From Salipiger bermudensis (GTDB lineage Archaea > Thermoplasmatota > Poseidoniia > Poseidoniales > Poseidoniaceae): a stretch of 64,000 bases of DNA. The DNA lies in the NCBI GenBank assembly GCA_964227855.1, contig CAXQWT010000040.1, forward strand, positions 2,548 to 66,547, in the 5' to 3' direction. A model generated the notes under the pieces. That model saw nothing but the letters and a program-made list of their open reading frames with translations. It ran no database searches and had not been told where the DNA came from. Below are positions 1-10,184 of this stretch, in pieces. The translations under genes were made by a program, and so were the position numbers. The stretch's first letter is position 1. The number at the start of each line of letters is the position of its first letter.

Positions 1-1
1 T

Positions 2-3000
2 ACTGGCGACACAATCTGGACATTTTCCGGCGTAGGATATGGCGATTTGGCACACCAAAACTCATTCCAAACCGGTGCGACCTTCGATACAATCCAATTG
101 AACAACAGTTCAAGCATGCCGTCTCCGATTCTCTTGCCAAAGAATGCCACAATTCAGTCGAGTCAAGCGAACATTACCTACTCTCCGCAAATAGATGGCC
201 AATACATCCCAGTTGGGGCCGTACGACACATGATGTTGGGTGATTCGAATGGGGATAATTTGACCGATGCATTTGTCTTTTCTACGACAAATTCCACGAC
301 TGGAGTCAACACTGGTTTCGCTGTCGTTGAAAGCAATCAAACAACAATGCAATACAATTTGACTGCGTGGACTTCGACCTGCATTAACTCAGACCAGATG
401 CGTATTGCAGACATGAACAACGATTCTCACGACGACGTCGTTACCTTTTCTGCTGGCAGCTCTATGATGTGTATCCACTACTACAACACAACAACAATGG
501 CCTATGACCCTTCCTTTAGTGTCAACATTACAAGCAGCCCTATCGATGTCCAAATCGCTGATATGAATGGAGACGGGTTTCCAGATTTCATCACTATTCA
601 CGGATATTCCGGCGAAGGCCTCGTTTCATTGACACTGTTCAATGGTTCGAGTGATGTGGTCCGTCAGGACGATGACATCCCCATTTTCCGCTGGAACTTC
701 GGCCAAGGCCGAACAAGCATGCGAAGCCTGAGAGTAGACGACTTCTTCGACCGAAACGAGACCGTAATCATCGTTTCAGATGCTTGGAACGATGCTACTG
801 AAGTTACTTATGACGCGCAAACACGTCAACTGAACGCCAATATCGTCAAATTCCGTAACCTCACTGAAGGTTCGATTGCAGGCGATTTTGATGGGGACGG
901 AGATATTGATTTCTTGACTCCGAAGGAAACTGAATCTGTCCTCGTCATTAACAATCAGACAGCGTGGGAGCAGGTCACCCTTCTCGATGTTCTGGACACG
1001 ACCAATGCCACAGTTTTCGATCACAATAACGATGGCTCAATCTCTCTTCTCACGCCAAACCCACAGTTTGGAGATGGGAATTCAGCAACAATTGAGGGGA
1101 ACATCGGCATACGTTCAATCACTGCAACTGGCCTCGGAACGCCAAGTCTTTCGCCTTTGACACCATATTCGGTTCCAAGAGATGTCCAAGTGGCTGATAT
1201 CAATCAAGATGGATTAATTGATCAATTTGTACTTGCTGGAGAAACACTTCAAGGTGTCTTTATTGGAGCATGGCACAATGTTTCGTTGGATACTGATGTT
1301 GATGGAGATGATGATTTGTGGGCAGAGGGGTATTCAAGTACAACAATTCCTCACATTGGTGTCTTGACAATCATAGATGGTAACGATGTCATTCGAGACA
1401 CTGTATCTCCATACATTCCAGCCTACCCTGGAATATCGGATGGTTATGGAATTGAAATGGTAACCAATCTAATGTCAATTTCGAGCAACTCGAAGGGGAT
1501 TGCAAATTTCACTGATCTTGACATTGCTTACGATATCGAATTTTCTGTCAAAACAAGTACAGGAACAATTGGTTCATTGAGCAACTCACTCAATCAACAG
1601 ATGCTTCCGGGTTCGGGCTCGTTCACAGTCACTCTACCAGTTGAGACCACAAAAGCAGGACAGTTTGATGCGATTTATTTGAGCATGAACTATACGCTTG
1701 GTGCTCCAAATCTCGCACTTCCACCAACACCTCTCTTGTCGGTTCAGTCTCTTACTGAAACGGGTGTGACCATTGAATGGCAAGCGCTTTCTGAATTCGG
1801 CTCCGACCTTCAAGAATTCCAAGTTTTCCGAATGTCATCGACCACTTCATACGATTATACATCTCCGTATGAAATCGTGATTGGACAGAACTCCTTTACC
1901 GATTCAAACGTTGACATCGGTTCGACGTATGGCTACATTGTCCGCTCCATTCATTCTTACGGAATTGTGAGTAATCTTTCACAAGCACTGGAAGTAACTA
2001 TTCCAAACCCATCCGCCCCTTCAGCAGTCACAAATGTCCAATTGGTTGACCTTGATACTGAAACAGCATCGGCTCCATTGAAGGTAATGTGGGATGCAAG
2101 CACTGATCCCGGTGTTGTAGAATACATGATTTATGTCGCTACATCCGATTTGAACGCAAGCGGCTTGAACAACGCATTAACTTCAAGCAAGGCCTATTCA
2201 ATTGGTGGCGTGACCTATCAAGCCGCAGCGACCGTATCATCCTCGACGACAGAAGCTGAGATTTCACTCACAAGCGAATATGCTGATGTTTCCGGAACAA
2301 CATCATCGGAATCAATTCAGGATGGGCAGCAGTATTGGGTTGCAGTTGCAGCGATTGACACTTACGATAATGCCACCCTTCCGCTTCCATTCGCTGGACC
2401 AACGACCGTATTCAACAACACCTACATCGATAGTCAACTGGAACTCACAGTAACCTCTGGTCCGACTTCAGCAAGTGAGAATGTGCTAGAATCCAACAGC
2501 CAGATGTTGGTTAGCGTCTATGCGCATTATCTCGACGACAGTCAACAGAATGTTGCTATCGAAAACGCTCAACTTGAAATGACGATGACATACGGTACGG
2601 ACACGCTCGTTCTCAATGGTCAAAGTGACAGCAATGGGCAATGGGTTGTGATCGATGTTGATTCTCTTCACGATGCCACCATCCCACAAACCCTTCTTGA
2701 TTACTCAGCCAATCCTGATGGAGTCGTGAGCATTGATGTGTCGATGCAAGCGATTGAGATCGTTGATACACAGCCGTACTCATCAGCGACTACATCAGAT
2801 TCAATGGGCACTGCAATCTCTGTAGAACTTGAAGGACCAGCATCACCAGTTGATATGGATGCGAACGATGCGATCGATATTAACATCACATTGAGTGCTG
2901 TCGACTCTGCCAACCCAGCTCATCAAGCCTCATTAGAAGGAACAACCATCTTATGGGAAGCATTCAATGATTCTTCCCAAAATGCTTCAATGAGTGGCTC

Positions 3001-4027
3001 TGAAACGATTTCAACCGGTAAGATTCGAATTGCTTCATCCTTCGAGAACATGTCCAGAATTGAGTTCACTGTCGATCCAGGTTCCAGAATCATCTTCGGA
3101 ACGACCACATTCACCGTGTCTCTCAATGAGTACACCGTTCCTACACAGAACAACGAAACAAATGAAACGGAAACAGAATGGGTTCCAACATCCATTCAAT
3201 CCGTTACCATTGCATGTGAGAGTGCCACAATTCTAACGAATCAACAAGCAGCCGACGACCCAATCGATTGTCTTGTTCAAAACCCTAATCCGTTTTCCGT
3301 AGATGTTGATATTTCGGTCACAGAAAATCCATCTCTGTTCAAGACGTCTGGTACAATAAGCATCGCAGCAAATGAATCTGCGACCGTTTCCTTTGTTCCG
3401 AAGTATGAGGACCCATTGTGGGCTCGACAAGACGATGCAGGCGTTGAAAATCAATTTTCTATTCAACTTCGTACAAGTTCCCCTGATTACGAACTTCCAG
3501 GCGAACCAATCGTGGAAAACGATGTCGTGACCTGGACCGCGGACCTCTTCGTTGAGGTTGTAACAACTCCTGATGGTGAGGAGAAGAGCTCATCCAATGT
3601 CGTCCTCTTCGGAGGAATTGGGGCGGCCATTTTTGCTCTTGCTGCAGTTGGTTTCATCCTTTACCGCAAAGCTTCAGCCGACTTTGAGGATGAGTCCTTC
3701 TACGAAGAAGAAGACGCTTTCCTCGAAGATGATGACGAACCTGTTGAGATTCCACAAGGAAAGCCGCTCGATGAGTTTGAAGATAAGACGATTTCTGCAG
3801 AACCCGAAATCATTGAACGGCCCGGCGATTCACTGATCTCAGAAGTGACAGAATCGAACGAGGACATTCCAGAAGATGAACCAGAGTCTGAAGAAGAAGT
3901 CGAAGAAACAGAAGAAGATGATGGAATCTCTGTTGATGAATTTGGAACAGAATGGTACGAGGATGAGGTCGGACAATGGTGGTACCGAGAAGAAGGCGCC
4001 GAAGATTGGTCCGAATACAACGAGTAA
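2..4027 (+). CDS. Large membrane-anchored surface protein (FG-GAP/VCBS beta-propeller + FN3-like domains, C-terminal TM and acidic tail); 5'-truncated by the window
   Basis: Frame is open from base 2 (TGDTIWTFSG...). Repeated FG-GAP-type Ca-binding motifs (GDSNGDNLTD, ADMNNDSHDD, ADMNGDGFPD, GDFDGDGDID, ADINQDGLID), FN3-like segments (VTIEWQ...YGYIVRS), TM segment VVLFGGIGAAIFALAAVGFILYRK, very acidic tail. Confidence 0.85.
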   Translation, partial: TGDTIWTFSGVGYGDLAHQNSFQTGATFDTIQLNNSSSMPSPILLPKNATIQSSQANITYSPQIDGQYIPVGAVRHMMLGDSNGDNLTDAFVFSTTNSTTGVNTGFAVVESNQTTMQYNLTAWTSTCINSDQMRIADMNNDSHDDVVTFSAGSSMMCIHYYNTTTMAYDPSFSVNITSSPIDVQIADMNGDGFPDFITIHGYSGEGLVSLTLFNGSSDVVRQDDDIPIFRWNFGQGRTSMRSLRVDDFFDRNETVIIVSDAWNDATEVTYDAQTRQLNANIVKFRNLTEGSIAGDFDGDGDIDFLTPKETESVLVINNQTAWEQVTLLDVLDTTNATVFDHNNDGSISLLTPNPQFGDGNSATIEGNIGIRSITATGLGTPSLSPLTPYSVPRDVQVADINQDGLIDQFVLAGETLQGVFIGAWHNVSLDTDVDGDDDLWAEGYSSTTIPHIGVLTIIDGNDVIRDTVSPYIPAYPGISDGYGIEMVTNLMSISSNSKGIANFTDLDIAYDIEFSVKTSTGTIGSLSNSLNQQMLPGSGSFTVTLPVETTKAGQFDAIYLSMNYTLGAPNLALPPTPLLSVQSLTETGVTIEWQALSEFGSDLQEFQVFRMSSTTSYDYTSPYEIVIGQNSFTDSNVDIGSTYGYIVRSIHSYGIVSNLSQALEVTIPNPSAPSAVTNVQLVDLDTETASAPLKVMWDASTDPGVVEYMIYVATSDLNASGLNNALTSSKAYSIGGVTYQAAATVSSSTTEAEISLTSEYADVSGTTSSESIQDGQQYWVAVAAIDTYDNATLPLPFAGPTTVFNNTYIDSQLELTVTSGPTSASENVLESNSQMLVSVYAHYLDDSQQNVAIENAQLEMTMTYGTDTLVLNGQSDSNGQWVVIDVDSLHDATIPQTLLDYSANPDGVVSIDVSMQAIEIVDTQPYSSATTSDSMGTAISVELEGPASPVDMDANDAIDINITLSAVDSANPAHQASLEGTTILWEAFNDSSQNASMSGSETISTGKIRIASSFENMSRIEFTVDPGSRIIFGTTTFTVSLNEYTVPTQNNETNETETEWVPTSIQSVTIACESATILTNQQAADDPIDCLVQNPNPFSVDVDISVTENPSLFKTSGTISIAANESATVSFVPKYEDPLWARQDDAGVENQFSIQLRTSSPDYELPGEPIVENDVVTWTADLFVEVVTTPDGEEKSSSNVVLFGGIGAAIFALAAVGFILYRKASADFEDESFYEEEDAFLEDDDEPVEIPQGKPLDEFEDKTISAEPEIIERPGDSLISEVTESNEDIPEDEPESEEEVEETEEDDGISVDEFGTEWYEDEVGQWWYREEGAEDWSEYNE

Positions 4028-4072
4028 GTGCCGAGATATTTTTCTAACACGAGCCGACCCCCAAAATGAGGC

Positions 4073-4828
4073 GTGAGTATGAAACAACAGTTTGGAACGT
4101 ACGACCTAGTTCTTCGTTCGGGTGTTGACCCGACGACAGGCGGCGTTGCGATTTGTGGCTTTACGACTGCCGGGATGGTTGGCGTTATCGCTGCATCTCA
4201 CATCATCGAATCACTCAACCTGACGCAGTTAGGGACGGTAATGGATGAGAACTTTCCTGCCGTTGCTCTGATTCAAAACGAAGTTCCACGTCACCCTGTT
4301 CGAGTGTATCAGGGCGACGGAATTGGTGTGTTCACCGCAGAGATCCAATTTGACAAAGAACAGGACATTGCTTTCGGATCGACCGTCCTCGAATGGTTCC
4401 GAGTAGGCGGCTTTGATCAACTCATTATCATCGATGGAATTCTCAAACCAGAGAAACAAATCCATGGAGAAGGGTTGTTCGCAGTTGGAGCAAATGCAGC
4501 AGCTCGCACACGTCTGAAGTCCTTGGAATTACAAACAATCCAACGAGGCGTTGTATCGGGGATTACAGGATTCCTCCTTAGCGAAGGTGACCGATTGAAT
4601 CTCGACATTACCGCACTTCTCTCTGAAGCAAGCCCAATGTATCCCGATGTTCGTGCTGCAGCGGTTGCTATCGAAGCAATCACAGAGATGACTGGAAAGG
4701 AAATCCCGCTCTCAAAAATGCTCGAGAATGCCCGGAGCATCGAACAATCCGTTCAAGAAATCATTGAAAGTTCTACACCGTTGTTGCCTTCACCAGATGA
4801 AGAAATTAACGACCCATCATTCGGTTGA
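4073..4828 (+). CDS. PAC2 family proteasome assembly chaperone
   Basis: Motifs ICGFTTAGMVGVIAASHI, FPAVA...PVRVY, GVVSGITGFLL and YPDVRAAA are typical of archaeal PAC2/PbaB. Confidence 0.85.
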   Translation: MSMKQQFGTYDLVLRSGVDPTTGGVAICGFTTAGMVGVIAASHIIESLNLTQLGTVMDENFPAVALIQNEVPRHPVRVYQGDGIGVFTAEIQFDKEQDIAFGSTVLEWFRVGGFDQLIIIDGILKPEKQIHGEGLFAVGANAAARTRLKSLELQTIQRGVVSGITGFLLSEGDRLNLDITALLSEASPMYPDVRAAAVAIEAITEMTGKEIPLSKMLENARSIEQSVQEIIESSTPLLPSPDEEINDPSFG

Positions 4829-6166
4829 TTGAAACGAACGTACAATTTCGATAACCGATTCAAACGGTGCCTTTGTAGCAATGAACGGACGCAAGTCAGG
4901 CACTCGAGCAGTCAAGTGACCTTCACCATTGAGGGCGTCAATAAGTCGTTCCATGGTTGGTAACGAGCCTACATTTGCCAAGCGAGGGAGTTGGTCAAAA
5001 GCAAGCAGCAAATGATCACCTGATAGCAATGGGGCTGCAAGCGCAATGTGGCGTACGGAGCGGCGAATTTCTCGCTCAGCATAGAGTTGGTCTGCTTCGG
5101 TCCATTCAACTCCGTGTGCACCACCTCGCTCGATGTCGGATGGTTTTGCAAGGCATGTCTTCACAGCATTCTCTTCTGTCAATCGAGAACATATCTCTTC
5201 ATTCCATAACGGACCAATCCACATTGGTCCACTTGCGTGTTCCAGTTCTTCCGAAGTTGGATGGTTCGTGAATTTGTAGGGTTCGCCTTCGGTTCGAACT
5301 CTCCATCCCATAAGTTCACGATTTCGATCGGCGCCTTGTTTGCTCTTTCGAACGCGTACGGAAACACGGACATGATGCCCATCGAATAAAGCCAGGATGG
5401 GCTCAATGGCCCGATCGAGTTGGGCTGCTCTGGTTGCAATCGTTCCGAGTAATACACGCACAGCATCATCATGAGCATAGAAATCAACAATGCCTTTGTG
5501 ACCGTATCGACGCATTCCTGATGTTGCTGAGGAGCCCGTTAGTGCCGCAGTATCGGTAGCTGTCACTTCGAGGACCCCGACTCTACCGAGAGCTTGCAGA
5601 GCACCATCAATGAATGTAATCGGAGAACCAAATGGGTCCACATCAATCCATTGGAAGGAGCCTTGCACCATGGCCATTCGCGCATCATTATATTGGAACT
5701 TAATGCCGTTCTTTTCGATGAATTTCGGTTGGATTTGCTCATCATCGATAGGGGAAGTAATCTCAACACCCACGTCGGAATCTATGGATGTTAAGGCCCA
5801 ATCCAACGCATTCTTGTCCAAATCGTTCGCTGTAATGTGGAGTCGATGCTGATGTTGCGGGTTGATCTCATTCCGCCATCGTCGAACACGAATTCCTGTT
5901 GCACATAGAGCATCCAGAGCGCGGATAGGACGATCTCCATTGATCCATCCGTGCTCCAGAGCGTCTTGTAGAAGCAAGACAGAACGCGTGCGTGCAGGGG
6001 CCATTGCAGGATTCATGAATCCAGTTCCTGATTTTGCAGCAGGACCTCTCGGCATGTGAGAGGGTCGAGGTTGGCCATCCTTCAGGTGAACAAATGTGCG
6101 CCCTTCGCACCACAAGTGGCCAGGCCATCCGTCCGGATGTTCTCGACCCGTGAAGGATTCGCCCAT
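4817..6166 (-). CDS. trm1: tRNA (guanine-N2)-dimethyltransferase Trm1
   Basis: LDALCATGIRVRR, ANDL, WIDVDPFGSP, VTATDTAALTG and GPMWIGPLW motifs. Start placed at ATG 6166 (MGESFT). Confidence 0.85.
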   Translation of the reverse strand: MGESFTGREHPDGWPGHLWCEGRTFVHLKDGQPRPSHMPRGPAAKSGTGFMNPAMAPARTRSVLLLQDALEHGWINGDRPIRALDALCATGIRVRRWRNEINPQHQHRLHITANDLDKNALDWALTSIDSDVGVEITSPIDDEQIQPKFIEKNGIKFQYNDARMAMVQGSFQWIDVDPFGSPITFIDGALQALGRVGVLEVTATDTAALTGSSATSGMRRYGHKGIVDFYAHDDAVRVLLGTIATRAAQLDRAIEPILALFDGHHVRVSVRVRKSKQGADRNRELMGWRVRTEGEPYKFTNHPTSEELEHASGPMWIGPLWNEEICSRLTEENAVKTCLAKPSDIERGGAHGVEWTEADQLYAEREIRRSVRHIALAAPLLSGDHLLLAFDQLPRLANVGSLPTMERLIDALNGEGHLTARVPDLRPFIATKAPFESVIEIVRSFQSTE

Positions 6167-6204
6167 GGCAAGACGAGATGATACCTCTTCTTGACCACAC
6201 CGCT

Positions 6205-7302
6205 TCAATAGTGTTCAAAGAAAATCTCTGGATTGGAATGTGTGACCTTGTGGCCGTTGGAATGAACGTGTCCGATGATGGCAGCCTTAGGTTCGTATTG
6301 CTGAAGGAATGAAAGAATGGATTCAGCATGTTCACTCGCAACAGCAAGAACCATGCCAAGGCCCATGTTGAACGTTCGATGCATTTCCAAGTCGGTTACG
6401 TTTCCTTGACGTTGGAGCCAAGTGAATTCCGGAGGTATTGGCATTGGCGTATCGATATGCCATCCGAGATCTTCATGCAAACGAAGCAAATTGGACAAAC
6501 CTCCCCCTGTGATGTGCGCAATTCCATGAACTGCATGCACTGAGTTCTGAGAAGATTTGAGATGATTGAGTAATCCAATAACAGGGGAACAGTAAATTTT
6601 GGTTGGAATTAAGAGAACATCTGCAAGGGTTGGGTTTTCTGGAATCTCTCTGCCGGTAAACTCTGTATCGAATGGACATGCATCCGTGTACGAGAGGCCA
6701 ATGTGATTGATGATGTTTCGAACAAGAGAAAATCCATTTGAGTGAATACCAGACGACGGTAATCCAATCAAGAGATCTCCAGATTCCAAGCGTTCACCAG
6801 TGATTGCAGAATCTTTGTCAAGGAACCCGAGTGCTGTACCGGAGAGGTCGAGTTCGGTCACAATTCCAGGGAGTGATGCTGTTTCACCACCGGCGAGCGT
6901 TACGTTCGCCAATTGACAAGCTTTTGCGAGAGATGCGCCAACTGCAGAATGGACTTCGGGGTCAGGCTTAGGGACGGCAATGTAGTCAACGAACGCAATT
7001 GGTTCAGCACCAACACACAACAGGTCGTTCACGTTCATTGCCATGCAATCAATACCTACGCTGTCCCAATTTTTGACGGCAGTAGCAATCTGGAGTTTAC
7101 TTCCAACACCATCGGTCGCCATGGCGAGAAGATGATTTCCAAATTCAATCAATCCACCAAAACCACCCGGTAAGTCAACAGGAGCTCCTGGCGTTCCTGC
7201 TTTTCGGGATGAACGCTGAAGCGAACCGATGAGAGAGGCAACCGCAGCGCCTTCAAGATCGATGTCGACACCGCTTGAGGCGTAATCCATAGGGTCGCTC
7301 AT
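6205..7302 (-). CDS. purM: Phosphoribosylformylglycinamidine cyclo-ligase (AIR synthase)
   Basis: YASSGVDI, TDGVGSK, GGETA, GLPSSGIHSNGFSL, HITGGG and TFNMGLG. Start placed at ATG 7302. Confidence 0.95.
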   Translation of the reverse strand: MSDPMDYASSGVDIDLEGAAVASLIGSLQRSSRKAGTPGAPVDLPGGFGGLIEFGNHLLAMATDGVGSKLQIATAVKNWDSVGIDCMAMNVNDLLCVGAEPIAFVDYIAVPKPDPEVHSAVGASLAKACQLANVTLAGGETASLPGIVTELDLSGTALGFLDKDSAITGERLESGDLLIGLPSSGIHSNGFSLVRNIINHIGLSYTDACPFDTEFTGREIPENPTLADVLLIPTKIYCSPVIGLLNHLKSSQNSVHAVHGIAHITGGGLSNLLRLHEDLGWHIDTPMPIPPEFTWLQRQGNVTDLEMHRTFNMGLGMVLAVASEHAESILSFLQQYEPKAAIIGHVHSNGHKVTHSNPEIFFEHY

Positions 7303-7324
7303 ATTTTTTCCAAAGCAAGACCAT

Positions 7325-7837
7325 TCATGAATCAATCGTATCGCCAATCAACAACTGAGCAGCGCTGATAATCTCCGTGTGGGAGTTTGCAAGTCGATGG
7401 CCATCATCCACTTGGTGAAAGGCAACGACGTCTTTTCCTGACCGTTCAGCATATTCAATACTGCATGAAATTGGAACAATGTCATCATCAATCCCATGGA
7501 TGATGGCGGTCTTCATCCCCTTCGGAGCAGTCAGAACGATTTCATCGTTGATTGGGGGCTCGTTGAGGTGAAGTGCCGGAGCGCAGAGTAGAAGCCCCCG
7601 AAAAGCATCGGGCATTCGCATCGCAACAATAGATGCAGCCAATCCACCGTAACTCGACCCAGCAAGAACAGGGGACTTTTCTCTGTGTTCTTCGCAGACA
7701 TCTTGTAGAACGCTGACTCGCTCCTCGAGAGGCATGCCTTGGAAATCAGGTGCAACAACTTCGAATCCGGCTTCGCGTAGCGACCGAATCTTGCTCCCAT
7801 TCGGGGTACCTTCCATGCCGTGTGCGAAAATAATCAT
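7325..7837 (-). CDS. Small alpha/beta hydrolase (YqiA/YcfP-like esterase)
   Basis: FAHG oxyanion motif, GSSYGG nucleophile elbow, IIHGIDDDIVP and DDGHRL give a Ser-Asp-His triad. Confidence 0.8.
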   Translation of the reverse strand: MIIFAHGMEGTPNGSKIRSLREAGFEVVAPDFQGMPLEERVSVLQDVCEEHREKSPVLAGSSYGGLAASIVAMRMPDAFRGLLLCAPALHLNEPPINDEIVLTAPKGMKTAIIHGIDDDIVPISCSIEYAERSGKDVVAFHQVDDGHRLANSHTEIISAAQLLIGDTIDS

Positions 7838-7927
7838 GATAATCCCTCTAATCAACCCGATATGAACTTATGGAGTCTGGCCTTTTTCCACTTCCTACGA
7901 AAAGCGAGACAAATGAAGGTGTGAACA

Positions 7928-7956
7928 CCCTCCATTCTCCAGTGGAAATGAAGGGG
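7928..7956. promoter_or_regulatory. ORB-like element (Orc1/Cdc6 origin recognition box) with dyad symmetry upstream of mcm
   Basis: TCCAGTGGAAATGAAGGGG at 7938-7956 matches the archaeal ORB consensus (TCCAnTGGAAA plus G-string). The reverse strand reads TTCCACTGGAGAATGGAGGG. Confidence 0.6.
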
Positions 7957-8025
7957 CGCAGAGATTGCAATGGAACCATTAAGAACGGTGGCCATCCATA
8001 TCCGACTCCTTGGTGTGGTGCGAGT

Positions 8026-10140
8026 ATGATTCAAGACTTTGATTTGACAGCGCGATGGTCTACACTCCTCCATGCTCATTTTACAGAAGATGTGCACAAT
8101 ATTGCCCAACTGTGGCCAGATGTTCAGAGTCTTGAAGTTTCATATCGGACCATCGAGGGATTTGACCCAACGTTTGCACAGAGCATCCTCGAGCAACCCG
8201 ATCTCCATAACGAGGCATCCAACCGAGCGCTCCGAGAATTGCTTGCTGATGTGGGGTATGGGACGATTAACCCATGGGTGCGAATTGTCCATCTTCCAAG
8301 CGATCAAGTGAGAACCGTTTCTCAACTTCGCTCGGATGATATCGGCCTGATGATTTCCATTGATGCAGTGGTCACGAAGATTTCCGGGGTTCGACCAAGA
8401 ATGTACACTGCTAGTTTCAAATGTGTGGCCTGCGAGCACCTTATCACCATTCAACAACCGAACGAACAGGAACTGATCAACCCCATGGAATGCTCTCAAA
8501 TCGATGGAGGATGCGGGCTGACCAATCGCCAAACACGATTCCAACTGCTCCAAGAACGTTCAACGTTAACGAATTCTCAATTTATTGAATTGCAAGAACT
8601 CCCTGAACAGGTCCGAGGAGGAGTTCAACCAGAACGCATCTCCTGTATCGCAGAACACGATCTTACTGGAAAAGTCAACCCTGGTGACCGTGTTAAAGCA
8701 AATGGCGTATTGTTCATTCGCTCACAGCGTAAGTTTGGAAAAGATACTCCAGTGTTTGACATTTTCATGCGCGTTCAATCCCTCGAACGACAGAATCTCG
8801 CTCTCGAGGAAATTGTTGTGAGCGATGAAGAGGAAGCAGAAATTCGGGCATTTGCCTCTGATCAAGATGTCTACAAGCGAATTTCTGAATCGATTGCTCC
8901 ATCGATTTTCGGGATGGAGAAGATCAAGGAAACACTGATGTTGCAACTGTTTGGAGGCGTTGCTCGACTCAATCAAGACGGTACGAGGAACCGTGGTGAC
9001 ATCCACATTCTTCTCATGGGTGACCCTGGTGTTGCAAAGTCGCAACTTCTGGCATACATGGGAAATATATCTCCTCGAGGCCGATTCACATCAGGAATGT
9101 CCGCCTCTGCAGCTGGTCTCACAGCAGCAGCAGTTCAGGACGCTAGTGCTGACGGAAGATGGACACTTGAAGCAGGAGCCCTGGTTCTTGCTGATCAAGG
9201 ACTTGCTGCGATTGATGAATTCGATAAGATGAACCCAGCCGACCGATCAAGCATGCACGAAGCAATGGAACAACAGACCATTTCCATCTCCAAAGCGGGA
9301 ATCAATGCAAGCCTACGCACACGCTGTGCAGTCTTGGCAGCTGCGAACCCAAAGGCAGGACGATTTCAACCTGTTTCCGAAGTGCCATTCACTGGACAAA
9401 TCAATCTCGCTCCACCTCTCATTTCACGTTTTGACGTCATCTGGTTGTTGACAGACCAGCCATCGGAAGACAAAGACGCTAAGATTGCTGGCCACATCGT
9501 CGAGAATCGACTGTCTGGAACAAGTGAACTTCTCGTTAACGAAGGGTCAAGACCCGATCCGCGAAAACTCAGCTCCGTCATGACCAAACCAAGCCATACC
9601 GATGGGCACCTCCACAGAGAATTCATCCGAAAGTACGTGGCATATGCAAAGCGAACTGTTCACCCGAACTTGGATGAAGATGCGAAAAAGCACATCATCG
9701 ACTACTACGTTTCCACTCGAAAACAATCGGGTGAATTCCAGGATTCGGTTGCAATTACAGCCCGTGCCCTCGAAGCACTCGCTCGACTTGCTGAAGCGAG
9801 TGCACGAATTCGTCTCTCTGAAACAGCAAGCATTCAGGATGCTGAGCGGGCCGTACGATTAACCAAGACATGGCGGTATGATCTTATGGGCGAGAATTTC
9901 GATGAAACGGCTATCGCCTCCAATCAGAAAGGAAAGGCCCGTCATGCCGAGCGTAGCATTCTCGATATTGTCGAGCGTTTGTCCGCAAACGGCGAAGGCT
10001 TTGCCCAACTCGTCGATGTACTCAATGAAGCTGAACGTCTTGACATCTCCAGAGAAAAGGCTGAGGAAGTCATTGACAAACTCAATCAAAACGGTCGACT
10101 TATGCGACCAACTGGTTACGATACATTGCAAATTGTTTAG
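8026..10140 (+). CDS. mcm: Replicative MCM helicase
   Basis: Zn finger (CVAC...C...C), IHILLMGDPGVAKSQ Walker A, AIDEFDKM, AAANP, ISRFD, ITARALE and C-terminal winged helix. Likely start ATG 8026. Confidence 0.95.
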   Translation: MIQDFDLTARWSTLLHAHFTEDVHNIAQLWPDVQSLEVSYRTIEGFDPTFAQSILEQPDLHNEASNRALRELLADVGYGTINPWVRIVHLPSDQVRTVSQLRSDDIGLMISIDAVVTKISGVRPRMYTASFKCVACEHLITIQQPNEQELINPMECSQIDGGCGLTNRQTRFQLLQERSTLTNSQFIELQELPEQVRGGVQPERISCIAEHDLTGKVNPGDRVKANGVLFIRSQRKFGKDTPVFDIFMRVQSLERQNLALEEIVVSDEEEAEIRAFASDQDVYKRISESIAPSIFGMEKIKETLMLQLFGGVARLNQDGTRNRGDIHILLMGDPGVAKSQLLAYMGNISPRGRFTSGMSASAAGLTAAAVQDASADGRWTLEAGALVLADQGLAAIDEFDKMNPADRSSMHEAMEQQTISISKAGINASLRTRCAVLAAANPKAGRFQPVSEVPFTGQINLAPPLISRFDVIWLLTDQPSEDKDAKIAGHIVENRLSGTSELLVNEGSRPDPRKLSSVMTKPSHTDGHLHREFIRKYVAYAKRTVHPNLDEDAKKHIIDYYVSTRKQSGEFQDSVAITARALEALARLAEASARIRLSETASIQDAERAVRLTKTWRYDLMGENFDETAIASNQKGKARHAERSILDIVERLSANGEGFAQLVDVLNEAERLDISREKAEEVIDKLNQNGRLMRPTGYDTLQIV

Positions 10141-10184
10141 ATGCGAAGCAATCATCTCTTGAAGTGGTGACGCTTGGCAAGTGT

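Noticed and set aside
3700..4050. Ser-rich antisense ORFs here and at 32015-32423
   Set aside because: They are mirror images of Glu/Asp-rich coding sequence on the opposite strand.
7870..8025. 52-aa N-terminal extension of MCM in the ORF track
   Set aside because: It does not resemble MCM and contains promoter-like and ORB-like elements; ATG 8026 is the more plausible start.
8026..10140. Intein in MCM
   Set aside because: Length (~700 aa) and motif spacing are normal; no intein signature.
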